The notes beneath the pieces were generated by a model, which saw only the letters and a list, made by a program, of their open reading frames with translations, was not told the DNA's origin and ran no database searches. Made by a program: the position numbers and the translations under genes. This document shows positions 29,894 through 39,442 of a stretch of DNA of 64,000 nucleotides, one piece after another. Positions within the stretch are counted from its first letter, which is position 1. The number at the start of each line of letters is the position of its first letter. This DNA comes from a virus. The stretch lies in the IMG/VR virus record IMGVR_UViG_3300028394_000037. The stretch is one strand, 5' to 3'.

Positions 29894-30565
29894 ATGACAA
29901 GACCTTATTTCAGACAACTTCCAAACTTTGATTACGTTAGTAGACTACCAGATGCTAAAATATCAGATTATATTCAAGTAAAAAATCTTTTTAAGAAAGG
30001 AAAACTTCGTGAAGATATTTTTGAAAATATAGCATTTTTTACAAAATATAAAATTATTGGAGATGATCGTCCAGATAATGTAGCATATGAAGTTTATAAT
30101 GATTCAACATTAGATTGGATAGTTCTTCTTTCAAATAATATCATCAATATTCAAACAGAGTGGCCATTAACTCAACAGTCTTTTGATTCATATCTTCTAA
30201 ACAAGTATGGTTCATATGATGCATTGTATTCAAATATTCATCATTACGAAACTATAGAAGTTAAAAATACAGCAGGTACAATTATTGTTCCAGCAGGTAT
30301 GCAGGTCTCATCAGATTATAATGTAAGTTATTACGACTATTTCACAAATAGTCAAGTAAACAGATCAGATATCATAACACCAATTACAAATTATGAATAC
30401 GAAGAAAAAATAGAAAATGATAAAAGAAATATCTTTTTACTGAAACCAACATACATACATCTAATCTTTGATGATCTCAATGATATTATGCCATACAAAA
30501 AAGGGTCCTCACAGTATGTTAGTGAGGACCTAAAGAGAGGAGATAATATTAGATTAACAAATTAA
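29894..30565 (+). CDS. gp53: Baseplate wedge gp53
   Basis: YF...P...Y; RPD.VA...Y....LDW.VLL.N; TNYEYE...N..KR.I..LK. Confidence 0.9.
   Translation: MTRPYFRQLPNFDYVSRLPDAKISDYIQVKNLFKKGKLREDIFENIAFFTKYKIIGDDRPDNVAYEVYNDSTLDWIVLLSNNIINIQTEWPLTQQSFDSYLLNKYGSYDALYSNIHHYETIEVKNTAGTIIVPAGMQVSSDYNVSYYDYFTNSQVNRSDIITPITNYEYEEKIENDKRNIFLLKPTYIHLIFDDLNDIMPYKKGSSQYVSEDLKRGDNIRLTN
30497..30531 (-). terminator. Intrinsic terminator for gp32, embedded antisense in gp53
   Basis: GGTCCTCAC-loop-GTGAGGACC followed by CTTTTTT on the minus strand. Confidence 0.7.
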
Positions 30566-31504
30566 TCACTCGTCAGCAAGACGTTGAAAATAACTCAAGG
30601 CATCATCCTCATCTTCATCAGCAACAGGTTGCTTAACTTTAGGTGATGGTGCTTTACTACGAGAATAAGATTGCTCTAGTTCTTCCACTACACGACTTTC
30701 AATCGTTGGAGATTCAACCATAGAATCATATTCAGACTCTTCTTCTGATTGAACACGAGAATTACCCTTTTGACCCAAAACATACTTCAGACGCTTTTCA
30801 AGATCTTCATATGACTTGAATTGATCTGGAGCAACTACGGCAGCAAGAGAATACTCTTTCTTCCAGATTGCTTCCATTGCATCATCATCATCAAGAAGAG
30901 GTGCCTGACGATCAAACTCAGACTTATCATAGTTCCAGTAACCATCCTTCTTCACAATCTTCAGTTTGAAGTTTGCACCTTGCCAGAAGTCAAAAGGATT
31001 GATAGGAGTTTCATCCTCAAACTCAGGTTGCATTGCTTCCATAATCTTATCAAAGATCTTCTTACCATACTTGAATAAGAACACCTTACCTTCATTTGAA
31101 GGATTGGTAGGATCCTTTACAACATAAATGTTGGAGTAATATGACAACTTACGCTTTTGCTTACGAACAGTTTCCTTATTTGCTTCAGTACCAGTATTCC
31201 ATAGTTCACGATTATGCTCACCGAGAGGATCCTTACCACCAATGGTAGTCAGTGAGTTCTCAATGTACCATCCACCAGGACCTTGAAATGCGTGTGAGTA
31301 CATCTTTGCCCAAGGAAGTTCTTCTCCTTCAGGAGCGGGCAGGAAACGAATGATTGCGAATCCATTACCAGTCTTATCCATCTCTGGCTTCCACAGACGC
31401 TCATCAGCACCACCAGAAGTAGTGCTCATCTTCTCAACTTCTTTCACCAGTTTTGCGGTGAGAGAACCAATACTAGATTGCTTTTTTAGATTTTCAAAAG
31501 ACAT
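30566..31504 (-). CDS. gp32: Single-stranded DNA-binding protein gp32
   Basis: DERLWKP..DK.GNG.A.IRFLPA; FKYGKKIFDKI; acidic tail DDALSYFQRLA. Confidence 0.96.
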   Translation of the reverse strand: MSFENLKKQSSIGSLTAKLVKEVEKMSTTSGGADERLWKPEMDKTGNGFAIIRFLPAPEGEELPWAKMYSHAFQGPGGWYIENSLTTIGGKDPLGEHNRELWNTGTEANKETVRKQKRKLSYYSNIYVVKDPTNPSNEGKVFLFKYGKKIFDKIMEAMQPEFEDETPINPFDFWQGANFKLKIVKKDGYWNYDKSEFDRQAPLLDDDDAMEAIWKKEYSLAAVVAPDQFKSYEDLEKRLKYVLGQKGNSRVQSEEESEYDSMVESPTIESRVVEELEQSYSRSKAPSPKVKQPVADEDEDDALSYFQRLADE

Positions 31505-31548
31505 TTTTTTACCTCAGATTTGTACGGATTTGGCTTTTGTACTTCGTT

Positions 31549-31577
31549 ATTCTACAGGGAATCGTCAGTTTTGTCAA
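31549..31577 (-). promoter_or_regulatory. sigma70-type promoter of gp32
   Basis: TTGACA-17 nt-TAGAAT. Confidence 0.7.
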
Positions 31578-31896
31578 TCTGATTCTTCATCAACTCTATT
31601 AAATCTTTCATATTATTAAAAATAACACTCATATCTACTCCAGGAGGAAGTCCCATCATTGTTGCAGATTGAATAATTTTTTCTTTCATATTTTGAGCTT
31701 CAGGATCATCAGACAAACTCAATCTTGTATAAAGAACTTGTTGTTTTTCTAAAAGTTGCTGCAATAATTCAATATGGTAAATTTTTTCATCCTTTACCAT
31801 ATTGGGATAATCAAAAAGATTTCCATAAATTTCATTTTGAAGATCGTGAATTTCTTCTAATTCTTCACGAACAACTTCAGATTCAAAAAAACTCAT
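31552..31896 (-). CDS. Conserved cyanophage protein (DUF1825-like)
   Basis: MSFF.SE.V..E......Q...L.EKQ...Y.RLSLSDDP.A. Confidence 0.7.
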   Translation of the reverse strand: MSFFESEVVREELEEIHDLQNEIYGNLFDYPNMVKDEKIYHIELLQQLLEKQQVLYTRLSLSDDPEAQNMKEKIIQSATMMGLPPGVDMSVIFNNMKDLIELMKNQIDKTDDSL

Positions 31897-32492
31897 TGTT
31901 CTCCTAAGATAATTTCTTTCAAAATTTTTTTATAACGAAATACATCGGTATTTAGAAATGGACTATACTTAACAAGTTTTGTTGATGTCAATTTCCACAC
32001 CGGATCATCTAATTTTATATCAAAAATTGGTTTATATCCTAGAATTCTATTTAAAATTAACATTGATTCTATTGATATATTTCCTTGAAGATGTTCTTTA
32101 AAAATTAGTGGATGTTTTTTTCCACTAATTAAAAACATTTTATCAAAATTCTTTGCCTCAAAAACCTTCTCAATTTCTTCTTTAAAAATATAAGAAAGGG
32201 ATTGAACTTTTCTTTGCCATTGTTTATATTGAGTTTCTCCATTTTTAATAATCTCACCAATCCAAAGTGATTGTGGATCATCACAAGAAACAAAACTTGC
32301 AACAAAAAACTCTTCTACTTCTTTATTTGTTTTTTGCCTGGATACTTTTTCAAACCAAAAACGATCTTTACGTTTATAGAAAGAATTCAGTGATGCTCTA
32401 CTTTTTCCACAATATTTGTGATAATCGTAGTTATCTTTTGTAAAATGATTTTTAAGTGCAAGATAGGTTTTATAACAATCAAATGGTATCAT
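31893..32492 (-). CDS. gp59: Helicase loader gp59
   Basis: Y..YLA.K.HF....YDY.KY.GK.R....F.KRKDR..FEK. Confidence 0.88.
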   Translation of the reverse strand: MIPFDCYKTYLALKNHFTKDNYDYHKYCGKSRASLNSFYKRKDRFWFEKVSRQKTNKEVEEFFVASFVSCDDPQSLWIGEIIKNGETQYKQWQRKVQSLSYIFKEEIEKVFEAKNFDKMFLISGKKHPLIFKEHLQGNISIESMLILNRILGYKPIFDIKLDDPVWKLTSTKLVKYSPFLNTDVFRYKKILKEIILGEQ

Positions 32493-32552
32493 TTTTCAAA
32501 AAAAAGTAATATAGAGATTTTTTTCTGGAAAATTTTTCCTCCAAAAATGGAA

Positions 32553-32810
32553 TTAAATAGGCAATTTCGCACGAGAACTCTTTTTTAAGAAATTAAGTTC
32601 TGTTGCTTCATACTTAAGTTTTTCTTTTAATTGTTTTGAAAGAAGTTTTGGTACAGATTCAAGATCTATATTATTATTGTCGCAGAAATGTATAATAGCA
32701 TCAATATAATTCATATCAAGATTTTTCTTGACAAGACTTTCAACTTCTTGAGTAAAGCGAGTGGAACAAAAGAATTTATTTTCTAATGCTTTTTCTAATT
32801 CATTCTCCAT
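32553..32810 (-). CDS. gp33: Late transcription coactivator gp33
   Basis: F...VE......YIDAI..FC..N.I..E...KL.SK.LKEK...EA..LN.L; start moved to MENEL. Confidence 0.88.
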   Translation of the reverse strand: MENELEKALENKFFCSTRFTQEVESLVKKNLDMNYIDAIIHFCDNNNIDLESVPKLLSKQLKEKLKYEATELNFLKKSSRAKLPI

Positions 32811-33480
32811 TTGACCCAATATTGTGATGTACAAATTCTTTGATGTAACGAACTAACAATTTAATATACTCGTTTTTGTTTCTTTTGTCAAACACTTTAA
32901 CCTCACCACCGGGAGTTACCATAATGGTAATCAACTTTTTTACAGGTATTTCTGTAAGCTCATAATATGCTGATGCATAAAACATTTCTTGCACAAAATA
33001 ATTTTCTAACCATTTTTCTGGTTTGATTTTTTCAGAAGTCTTAAAGTCAATTACTGCAAGCTCACCTTCATATTCTGCAATACAATCAACTCTTCCAGCA
33101 AGACCAAGATACTTTGAATATAAAGTTCTTTCAATTGCGTGAATATTACCTATCTTATCAAGAGATTCTTTTGCATGATGAAACATAAACTTAGAGAGGG
33201 GTTGGTAGTCATCCCAGTTTAATTCCTTGTTTTCCAAATAATCCTGACAGACTTGGTGAAAATCAGTACCTCTTGCAGTTGCCTTGCGAGTAATATTATT
33301 TGCCTTTTCTACACCCACACGCTTACGCCATTCTACAAAGATTTGACGATTATAGAAACTTGTCACAGAAGTAATAGAAGGCACCCACTGACCATCAGGA
33401 AGATGGTATAGGCGGATGCCATTCTGTTCTTTCTTTTCTAATTCAAGATCACCTAAAAAATTATGATGAATAAATGTCAT
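32800..33480 (-). CDS. PD-(D/E)XK (Cas4-like) exonuclease
   Basis: PSITSV; RGT.FH; AGRVDCIAE...L.VIDFKTS; Y..Q...YA. Confidence 0.85.
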   Translation of the reverse strand: MTFIHHNFLGDLELEKKEQNGIRLYHLPDGQWVPSITSVTSFYNRQIFVEWRKRVGVEKANNITRKATARGTDFHQVCQDYLENKELNWDDYQPLSKFMFHHAKESLDKIGNIHAIERTLYSKYLGLAGRVDCIAEYEGELAVIDFKTSEKIKPEKWLENYFVQEMFYASAYYELTEIPVKKLITIMVTPGGEVKVFDKRNKNEYIKLLVRYIKEFVHHNIGSNGE

Positions 33481-34238
33481 AAATTAAGTTCCATTTTTGC
33501 AATCAGATATTCTTTAATTAAACCTGAACGAATAACATCATTGACACCAAACTCAATAGTCTCAAAAGAAGGCATCGCACCAATAATTCTCATAAAATCA
33601 ATCACACCATTCTTTTCATTTTGTCTAACCAAATCACTTTGAGTAGCATCCCCACAAAAAAGAATTTTTGTATTCTCACCAACACGAGTAATGATTGAAT
33701 CTAATTCATGAAAATTTAGATTCTCAAGTTCATCTACAATAATAACACAATTATCTAAAGTTGTTCCACGAATAAATGATGTGCTCCAAAAACTAATCGT
33801 TTCTTGTGCCTTTAGATTTGCATAAAGCATTTCAAATTCTGCATCATTCGGCATTTGAAACATATACTTTACCATATTCTTATAAGGAATTTGATAAAGA
33901 GATGCCTTGTCTTCGTGAGAACCAGGAAGAAAACCAATTTCTCTGGTAGGAACAAGAGACCTTACGATGTAAATCTTCTCATATGGAGTATAATCATTCA
34001 AAACATCTTGAAGTGCTTTGAAGAGGCATAGAAAGGTCTTTCCACTACCAGCAACACCATGAGCAACTAAATGCTTACCTTCGTCATATGCTTCAAATAA
34101 CTTTCTTTGATTTTCTGTAAGTGGTTCAATATCCAAAAGCAATTCTGAACCAATTGGTTTTCTTTTTTTTGTTTGCTTTGAATTAAAACTAATCTCGTTA
34201 GATTGGTTTTGAATACTCTTTCTTCTACTTCTTGACAT
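33477..34238 (-). CDS. phoH: PhoH-family ATPase
   Basis: Walker A GVAGSGKT; RS.V.TREIGFLPG; F.RG.T; DE..N; GD..QSD. Confidence 0.95.
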   Translation of the reverse strand: MSRSRRKSIQNQSNEISFNSKQTKKRKPIGSELLLDIEPLTENQRKLFEAYDEGKHLVAHGVAGSGKTFLCLFKALQDVLNDYTPYEKIYIVRSLVPTREIGFLPGSHEDKASLYQIPYKNMVKYMFQMPNDAEFEMLYANLKAQETISFWSTSFIRGTTLDNCVIIVDELENLNFHELDSIITRVGENTKILFCGDATQSDLVRQNEKNGVIDFMRIIGAMPSFETIEFGVNDVIRSGLIKEYLIAKMELNL

Positions 34239-34244
34239 ATGAGT

Positions 34245-34487
34245 TTAGTAAGGTTTTACTTGCGATTTTGGTGCTTTTGATACCCTATGAAGAACATCAT
34301 TCCATCCGGGATATTTTGAAATTAATTTATCTCTCCACTCACCCAACTCTCCACCAGATGCACATCCTTGTGACCAATCTCTTTGCCATTCTGGATTGTC
34401 ATTATACCACTGAGTAATCTCATGAACACTCATTTCAACTACTAGTTTTTCACCAGTTTCTTTATTAACTATAGGATAAATTGCCAT
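34245..34487 (-). CDS. Conserved hypothetical phage protein
   Basis: MAIYP..NKETGE....MS......W..DNP.W...GW.DVL..V; T4-like core synteny. Confidence 0.7.
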   Translation of the reverse strand: MAIYPIVNKETGEKLVVEMSVHEITQWYNDNPEWQRDWSQGCASGGELGEWRDKLISKYPGWNDVLHRVSKAPKSQVKPY

Positions 34488-34512
34488 TTATAAAAATAAT
34501 ATACAAAAATAT

Positions 34513-35202
34513 TTATTCTATCATAATAGAGCGTTGATATTCACAAGGCTCACATTCCTCACGAGTCCATTCAAGAGCAGCAGAGATTGCAGGAAACTGA
34601 CAAGTAAAAATACAACGAATTGCTTCTGCAACTTCCATGTGCTCTCTCTGCGTCCCGTGAGCACTTCTAAGAGTGATGTAATGAATCCAGGAGCGAACAC
34701 TTCCACTCATATAAAGTCGCGTCTGAGTCGCTTGTGGAAGCACAAAACGAGCACATTCTTTTGCAACACCCTGAGCAAGAAGAAGATTGTAAATATTCAA
34801 ACTCTCTTCAAAATGCTTTTTAATCAACAAACTCATAGTTTCTTTTAAATCACTTCCAAGATCATCTGTACTATTTTGTCTATTTTTTGTATCTTGTCTC
34901 CGCAAATCAGGTACAGGAATTTCAAGTTGAAGTTCTGTACTATCTGCATACCTCTGACTGAATTGCTGAAAAGTAAAACTCCGATGACGGAGGATTTGCG
35001 TAGCAATCGCAAGCGAGGTATTAATCTCAACTGTAAGGAATGCATGTTCAAAGATGCTCCAGTGTTGATTCTTGATACAATATTTAAGCAATCCTTCAAA
35101 AGAATCATTCTCTTGATTTTTTGGATTACTCACCCGAGCACAATAAGCAATATGCCTTTCTGCATCAGGAGTAACAGAGATTAATTTTGCTAACTGAGTC
35201 AT
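34513..35202 (-). CDS. thyX: Flavin-dependent thymidylate synthase
   Basis: HWSIFEH; QILRHRSFTFQQFSQRY ThyX motif; ARFVLP; TQ.EH. Confidence 0.95.
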   Translation of the reverse strand: MTQLAKLISVTPDAERHIAYCARVSNPKNQENDSFEGLLKYCIKNQHWSIFEHAFLTVEINTSLAIATQILRHRSFTFQQFSQRYADSTELQLEIPVPDLRRQDTKNRQNSTDDLGSDLKETMSLLIKKHFEESLNIYNLLLAQGVAKECARFVLPQATQTRLYMSGSVRSWIHYITLRSAHGTQREHMEVAEAIRCIFTCQFPAISAALEWTREECEPCEYQRSIMIE

Positions 35203-35429
35203 GAAAACCAACTTCCCTTTAATGTTTTATAAGATTGACGTAGTGATTTAGTGAGTTTTTTGATTTGCTGATATGCTTCTTCGGTTGATATTTTTCCACT
35301 GCTTGCAAGTGCAGAAATATACCCGACGTGAGTAGCATAGACACTAAGATTATTCTGTGCCGCAATATCAAGAAAGTCTCCGTCTCCACTTGGTACAGCA
35401 AAAATAAATTTTTCAGTTTCTTTTTCCAT
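35199..35429 (-). CDS. Hypothetical protein
   Basis: MEKETEKF... ORF overlapping the thyX start (ATGA). Confidence 0.55.
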   Translation of the reverse strand: MEKETEKFIFAVPSGDGDFLDIAAQNNLSVYATHVGYISALASSGKISTEEAYQQIKKLTKSLRQSYKTLKGSWFS

Positions 35430-35448
35430 AGTAGTTTTAATAGTAGTT

Positions 35449-35616
35449 TTAGTCGTCGTCATCTTCAAAAACCTCATCATAATCTTTTATGTCTCCAATA
35501 TATGGAGCATTCTTTTCATACATATAAGATTCTGGACTTGAATACACTTCTGCTTTTATAGAATCAACCAGAAGTTCCAGATTCTTAATTAGTATTTTAA
35601 GCTTGTCTTGATTCAT
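35449..35616 (-). CDS. Small acidic hypothetical protein (55 aa, MNQDKLKILIKNLELLVDSIKAEVYS...)
   Basis: ORF below the track cutoff, directly downstream of a consensus promoter. Confidence 0.7.
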   Translation of the reverse strand: MNQDKLKILIKNLELLVDSIKAEVYSSPESYMYEKNAPYIGDIKDYDEVFEDDDD

Positions 35617-35639
35617 TTCTTTTCATCCTTAACAAAGAT

Positions 35640-35677
35640 ATTATACACAAAAAAAGAGAGGGTGTCAACCCTCTCTT
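35640..35677 (-). promoter_or_regulatory. Fused terminator/promoter cassette, copy 1
   Basis: AAGAGAGGG-TTGACA-CCCTCTCTT-TTTTT hairpin with the -35 in the loop, 17 nt to TATAAT. Confidence 0.75.
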
Positions 35678-36387
35678 TAAAATTTTATAATTTTAAATAT
35701 TCCATCTTTCTCTACAATCGCAGAACAGGTATCCGTCCAGTCTCCACAACACATATAGATTGTACCATTCTGTTCACGAATATTTGCGTGATGAATATGC
35801 CCCACAATCACTCCGTCATAAGAAGCAAACTTTCTTACATAACGAATTAAATCCATTTCATAATTATCAATAAATCTCTTTCCTCTTGGAAGATCTTTCA
35901 GAAAGTTTACCAAAGAAAATCCAATAGTTTTATTCAGAAAGTTATTCAATGGAGTGATTGTCTCATATCCTTTATTCATAAAATATTGCTTCCAAGAACC
36001 AGAAGAGAACTCAGAATACATATCACCGTGAATACATAGAAACTTTTTATTTTTCTTACTGGTATGAATATACTCATCACAGATGACAAGATTATCAAAC
36101 TTAAAAGATTTATTATTCACATATTTTCTTGCCACTGCATCGTGATTACCAAGAACATAAATCACTTCGGTTCCCTTTCTACAAATATCAAGTATTTTTT
36201 CTACTGCCTTTGTATGCCTTGCTCTCCAATGCGTATTGTACTTTTCCATACAATGCACATCAAGAATATCGCCAACCATTACAAGTTTCTTGGTATCAAG
36301 TTCATTTAGAAACTTGAGAAACTTTTCAATATTACATCTGTCTGTCCCCAAATGAACATCAGAAATAAAGACTGTATCGTAAGTCAT
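35677..36387 (-). CDS. Calcineurin-like metallophosphoesterase (LpxH/YbbF-like)
   Basis: SDVHLG, GDILD, GNHD, HGD, GHIH and GDW motifs. Confidence 0.8.
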   Translation of the reverse strand: MTYDTVFISDVHLGTDRCNIEKFLKFLNELDTKKLVMVGDILDVHCMEKYNTHWRARHTKAVEKILDICRKGTEVIYVLGNHDAVARKYVNNKSFKFDNLVICDEYIHTSKKNKKFLCIHGDMYSEFSSGSWKQYFMNKGYETITPLNNFLNKTIGFSLVNFLKDLPRGKRFIDNYEMDLIRYVRKFASYDGVIVGHIHHANIREQNGTIYMCCGDWTDTCSAIVEKDGIFKIIKF

Positions 36388-36710
36388 CGTTCTATGTAAG
36401 AGAGTGTATGATTTGTTGAGTATAACTGACGAATAATCATATCACAACCCAGTTTTGGATTGGAGTTTCCACAGGTATAGACATCTACTGCTGCCTTACA
36501 TTCTTCAGGCCAAGTATGAATACTAATATGACTTTCTGCGAGCAAACAGATTACAGTCACTCCTTGCGGATCAAATTTTTTATAAATTGTTTGAAGTACT
36601 GTAGCACCACTCAAAATTGCTGCTTCCTCTAATAATTGAAGAAGATAATGCTCGTCGTTCAAAAGAACAAACGAGCATCCATATAAATTTAATAAGTAGT
36701 GCTTACCCAT
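36384..36710 (-). CDS. speD: S-adenosylmethionine decarboxylase proenzyme
   Basis: F.PQGVT...LLAESHISIHTWPE...AAVDVYTCG with the E-S autocleavage site. Confidence 0.92.
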   Translation of the reverse strand: MGKHYLLNLYGCSFVLLNDEHYLLQLLEEAAILSGATVLQTIYKKFDPQGVTVICLLAESHISIHTWPEECKAAVDVYTCGNSNPKLGCDMIIRQLYSTNHTLSYIER

Positions 36711-36885
36711 CTTCGGCATTATTTGACAATAGACTATTTACGATATTTTCATTTCCATCCATAGTCTTAATTGCAAATAATGGAGATTTCATATATTTTT
36801 TAATTTTTTTGTAATTCTTCAAAATTTTTTCAACTTCATCTTTATACACTGTTACTTTCGCAACATTATCAAATCCTTCTTTCAT
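36703..36885 (-). CDS. Hypothetical protein
   Basis: Tightly packed ORF overlapping both neighbours. Confidence 0.6.
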   Translation of the reverse strand: MKEGFDNVAKVTVYKDEVEKILKNYKKIKKYMKSPLFAIKTMDGNENIVNSLLSNNAEDG

Positions 36886-37193
36886 TTTCTTTTCTTTTTT
36901 CCTTCTGGTGCTTTATATCCCCACATTTTAGGGCTTAACTTTCCATATCCAAAATCAATCTTTTGAATTGATCCTGGACCATAATTATCATAATACATAT
37001 CAAAAAGATTTGATTTCTTTTGTGTACGACAAAGATCAATATATTCTATTTCATCAACAATATACCAAATTAAATAAGCATCTGTAGGAAAACCTAAATC
37101 TGCTGATCTTTCTAGAGTCGTTTTTTCCAATAAAATTTCACACCCATACTTAGAGGGAACAATAGATTTTTCTTCTTGTGTAGATTCTTCCAT
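36882..37193 (-). CDS. Conserved hypothetical cyanophage protein
   Basis: P.DAYL..Y; FD.YYD.YG; G.G...P..WG; start moved to MEEST. Confidence 0.65.
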   Translation of the reverse strand: MEESTQEEKSIVPSKYGCEILLEKTTLERSADLGFPTDAYLIWYIVDEIEYIDLCRTQKKSNLFDMYYDNYGPGSIQKIDFGYGKLSPKMWGYKAPEGKKKRK

Positions 37194-37222
37194 TTGTTTC
37201 TCCGAAGTATTTAAGACTAATC

Positions 37223-37807
37223 TCAAGAACGTCCTCCCCAAACAATGTCTGGATAAGATTCTGAAACAAGTTCTTTCGTAATATTATACTTGGTAGTAAG
37301 TTTTTTATCCTTTACGAGACAAAGAACTTCTGCTTCCTTTGGATGTAATCCCTGAAGAATATTGATAAACATTGTTTCTCTACGAATCGTAGAGAGTGTA
37401 TCATTTCCACCTTTCACAAAATGGTATAGGTTTTGATACTCTCTTCTTAAAGAAGTTTTTCCTCTACCTTCAAGATCTTGCTGTGTTGCAGATTCACCAC
37501 CACTTGCTTCCCGAATTAAATTATCTGAAAGATTTCCAGAATAAATGTTCTGATCCTTCAAATCACTATAAGGAACATCACCTTCTGGAAGAAGTGAAAT
37601 AATAGAGTCATCAAAATTCCAAATCAAAATAGATTTTAAAGAATCGTGTTCATAAGTTTTGAGAACTTCAATCTTCTTTTCATTTGTATTTTGACTTGAT
37701 ACTAAGTCAAGAATTTCAAATACAAATGGATTTGAAGGAAGTTTTATAATTGTTTCAGTTACTTTTCTAACTGTCCTCTTCGTCTTCGTCGTCTGAGTCA
37801 TAGTCAT
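37223..37807 (-). CDS. Conserved T4-like hypothetical protein
   Basis: IWNFD.....LP.G.VPY; L..E...LY.FVKGG..L....RE..FI..L.GLHP.EA. Confidence 0.7.
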   Translation of the reverse strand: MTMTQTTKTKRTVRKVTETIIKLPSNPFVFEILDLVSSQNTNEKKIEVLKTYEHDSLKSILIWNFDDSIISLLPEGDVPYSDLKDQNIYSGNLSDNLIREASGGESATQQDLEGRGKTSLRREYQNLYHFVKGGNDTLSTIRRETMFINILQGLHPKEAEVLCLVKDKKLTTKYNITKELVSESYPDIVWGGRS

Positions 37808-37994
37808 TTTCAAATCGTACTGCTAAAATTTCGTCAGGAAAAATATTCCCATTTTCATCATACATTTCAGGATGGAGATTATTGATATAATTTAATTCAT
37901 AAAAATGTTGTTTCAATAACCAACCTAACATACCACCAACAAAAAAGAACATAATTGAAACTAAGGTTCCTATCGTGAGTGTTACTGCCAACAT
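37767..37994 (-). CDS. Hypothetical membrane protein
   Basis: N-terminal TM helix then HPEMYDENG...DE..AVRF; start moved to MLAVT. Confidence 0.65.
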   Translation of the reverse strand: MLAVTLTIGTLVSIMFFFVGGMLGWLLKQHFYELNYINNLHPEMYDENGNIFPDEILAVRFENDYDSDDEDEEDS

Positions 37995-38010
37995 TTTTTT
38001 CTCCTGAGAG

Positions 38011-38205
38011 TTACTTTTTTTTAATATCCAAATGAAAATCAAAGTGGATGTATATCTCTCGTTGAAAGAGAGAAACCATTTTCCCAAACATTAATTGAAA
38101 TGTTTTTGGTTTTTCAGGTTTCCTCCTCCTATTCCTAAGTAACAATTCAAAACCCTTGTTAATTTGGGGGCTATCTTTATTTAGATTATTTTTATCATAG
38201 TCCAT
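38011..38205 (-). CDS. Hypothetical protein
   Basis: INKG.ELLLR.RR motif; start overlaps the glutaredoxin stop. Confidence 0.55.
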   Translation of the reverse strand: MDYDKNNLNKDSPQINKGFELLLRNRRRKPEKPKTFQLMFGKMVSLFQREIYIHFDFHLDIKKK

Positions 38206-38444
38206 TAGACCAAATTTTGTTCTTGTAGATATCTTACGGTATCTGAACAACCACCAAGATGCTGATTATCATTCAAAACAACCTGAGGAAACGTAGAACC
38301 TTGTCCAAACTGAGCATAAAACCCGTCACGCTCAAAGTGTTCTCCGAGATTATAAACAATATGTTCAAGATTTGCTAATTGTAGCACCTGTTTGATTTTA
38401 CTGCAATATGGGCAGCCATCTTTTGAATAAACTGTGAATTTCAT
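38205..38444 (-). CDS. nrdC: Glutaredoxin
   Basis: CPYC active site; TFPQV; GGC. Confidence 0.9.
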   Translation of the reverse strand: MKFTVYSKDGCPYCSKIKQVLQLANLEHIVYNLGEHFERDGFYAQFGQGSTFPQVVLNDNQHLGGCSDTVRYLQEQNLV

Positions 38445-38536
38445 ATAATTAAAATTATTGGTATAAGTAAAGTTAAAATTCCTATCACAAATCCCCCTAC
38501 TTGATAAAATAGGGGGTCTATACTGTCAGGATCCAT
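38441..38536 (-). CDS. Small membrane peptide (31 aa, MDPDSIDPLFYQVGGFVIGILTLLIPIILII)
   Basis: ATGA overlap with glutaredoxin; TATAAATA upstream. Confidence 0.45.
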   Translation of the reverse strand: MDPDSIDPLFYQVGGFVIGILTLLIPIILII

Positions 38537-38568
38537 AAATTTCTGTTATTGAATTTTATTTATAGGTT

Positions 38569-38688
38569 CTAACGAATCACTATAATTGAATTATGTTTTT
38601 CTGGCGTATTCGCACACATTTGTGCAAGCGAAACTCCAATACACATAAAGATAATAAAACTAATGGGAAGAGAAATCCATTCTTTCAT
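38569..38688 (-). CDS. Small membrane peptide (39 aa, MKEWISLPISFIIFMCIGVSLAQM...)
   Basis: ATGA overlap with the upstream ORF; hydrophobic stretch. Confidence 0.4.
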   Translation of the reverse strand: MKEWISLPISFIIFMCIGVSLAQMCANTPEKHNSIIVIR

Positions 38689-38939
38689 TGAGTACAATCC
38701 CCAGTACGAGTTCTCCAGGAAATCAAAAATAAATCAATTACATTTTCTCTACAAGATTTTTTGGAAGAACCTTGCTCACCAGCCATAATGACAGTTGGAG
38801 GAACGACTATAGGAGAACCGCCGCCACCAGGAGAGTAGAATGATGGGGGATTATATTGAGAGGTTTGATACTGAGCATTAGCAATGGTTGGAGTAAAAAG
38901 AACCAACGCACTCACGACAAAAAAAGAACGCGAAATCAT
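38685..38939 (-). CDS. Hypothetical secreted protein
   Basis: Signal peptide ending ANA-Q; own promoter TTGACA-17-TAGGAT (38964-38992). Confidence 0.55.
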   Translation of the reverse strand: MISRSFFVVSALVLFTPTIANAQYQTSQYNPPSFYSPGGGGSPIVVPPTVIMAGEQGSSKKSCRENVIDLFLISWRTRTGDCTQ

Positions 38940-39010
38940 GATAAAGTCTAGTTGGACAAACTCATCCTATCACGAATACCTTAGTATGTCAACCAAGAAT
39001 CATAAAAAAT

Positions 39011-39394
39011 TCAAGATGCATTATTTCTTCTTGGTCTATACTTATATAAATTTTCATTAGTTTTAGGTTTCATCCAATTCAGTATAGCAGTCATTCGCTC
39101 TTCTGAAAAAAAGTATTGATTATAATACCAAGTTTCCCAATCAGTATGCGCCTTAGAGCGATTACATTCTTCACAGCAACATAATACATTTGTAAGAAAA
39201 TCACTACCACCTTTACATTGTGGAACTATATGGTCAATTGTAAGTTTGTTTGTGCATCCACAATAAGCACATTTATTATTCCATTTTTCTCGAATTGACT
39301 TTCTCCACATTCGTTTTGCTTCTGATGATGAACTTGTATGTAACTGATACAAATAATCTGAAGAAGAATTGTAGAGTTCCATGTAGGAAAGCAT
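39011..39394 (-). CDS. Free-standing HNH endonuclease
   Basis: CAYCG...LTIDHIVP..KGG...N....C..CN..K. Confidence 0.88.
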   Translation of the reverse strand: MLSYMELYNSSSDYLYQLHTSSSSEAKRMWRKSIREKWNNKCAYCGCTNKLTIDHIVPQCKGGSDFLTNVLCCCEECNRSKAHTDWETWYYNQYFFSEERMTAILNWMKPKTNENLYKYRPRRNNAS

Positions 39395-39414
39395 CTATGA
39401 GTATTTATTTGTAT

Positions 39415-39442
39415 AAAAAAACTACCCCGAGTGGGGGTAGTT
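39415..39442 (-). terminator. psbA terminator
   Basis: AACTACCCC-CACTC-GGGGTAGTT followed by a T-run. Confidence 0.8.

Noticed and set aside
32800-33480. Cas4-like nuclease as a CRISPR component
   Set aside because: It sits in the standard T4-like cyanophage phoH-exonuclease-gp33 synteny with no array
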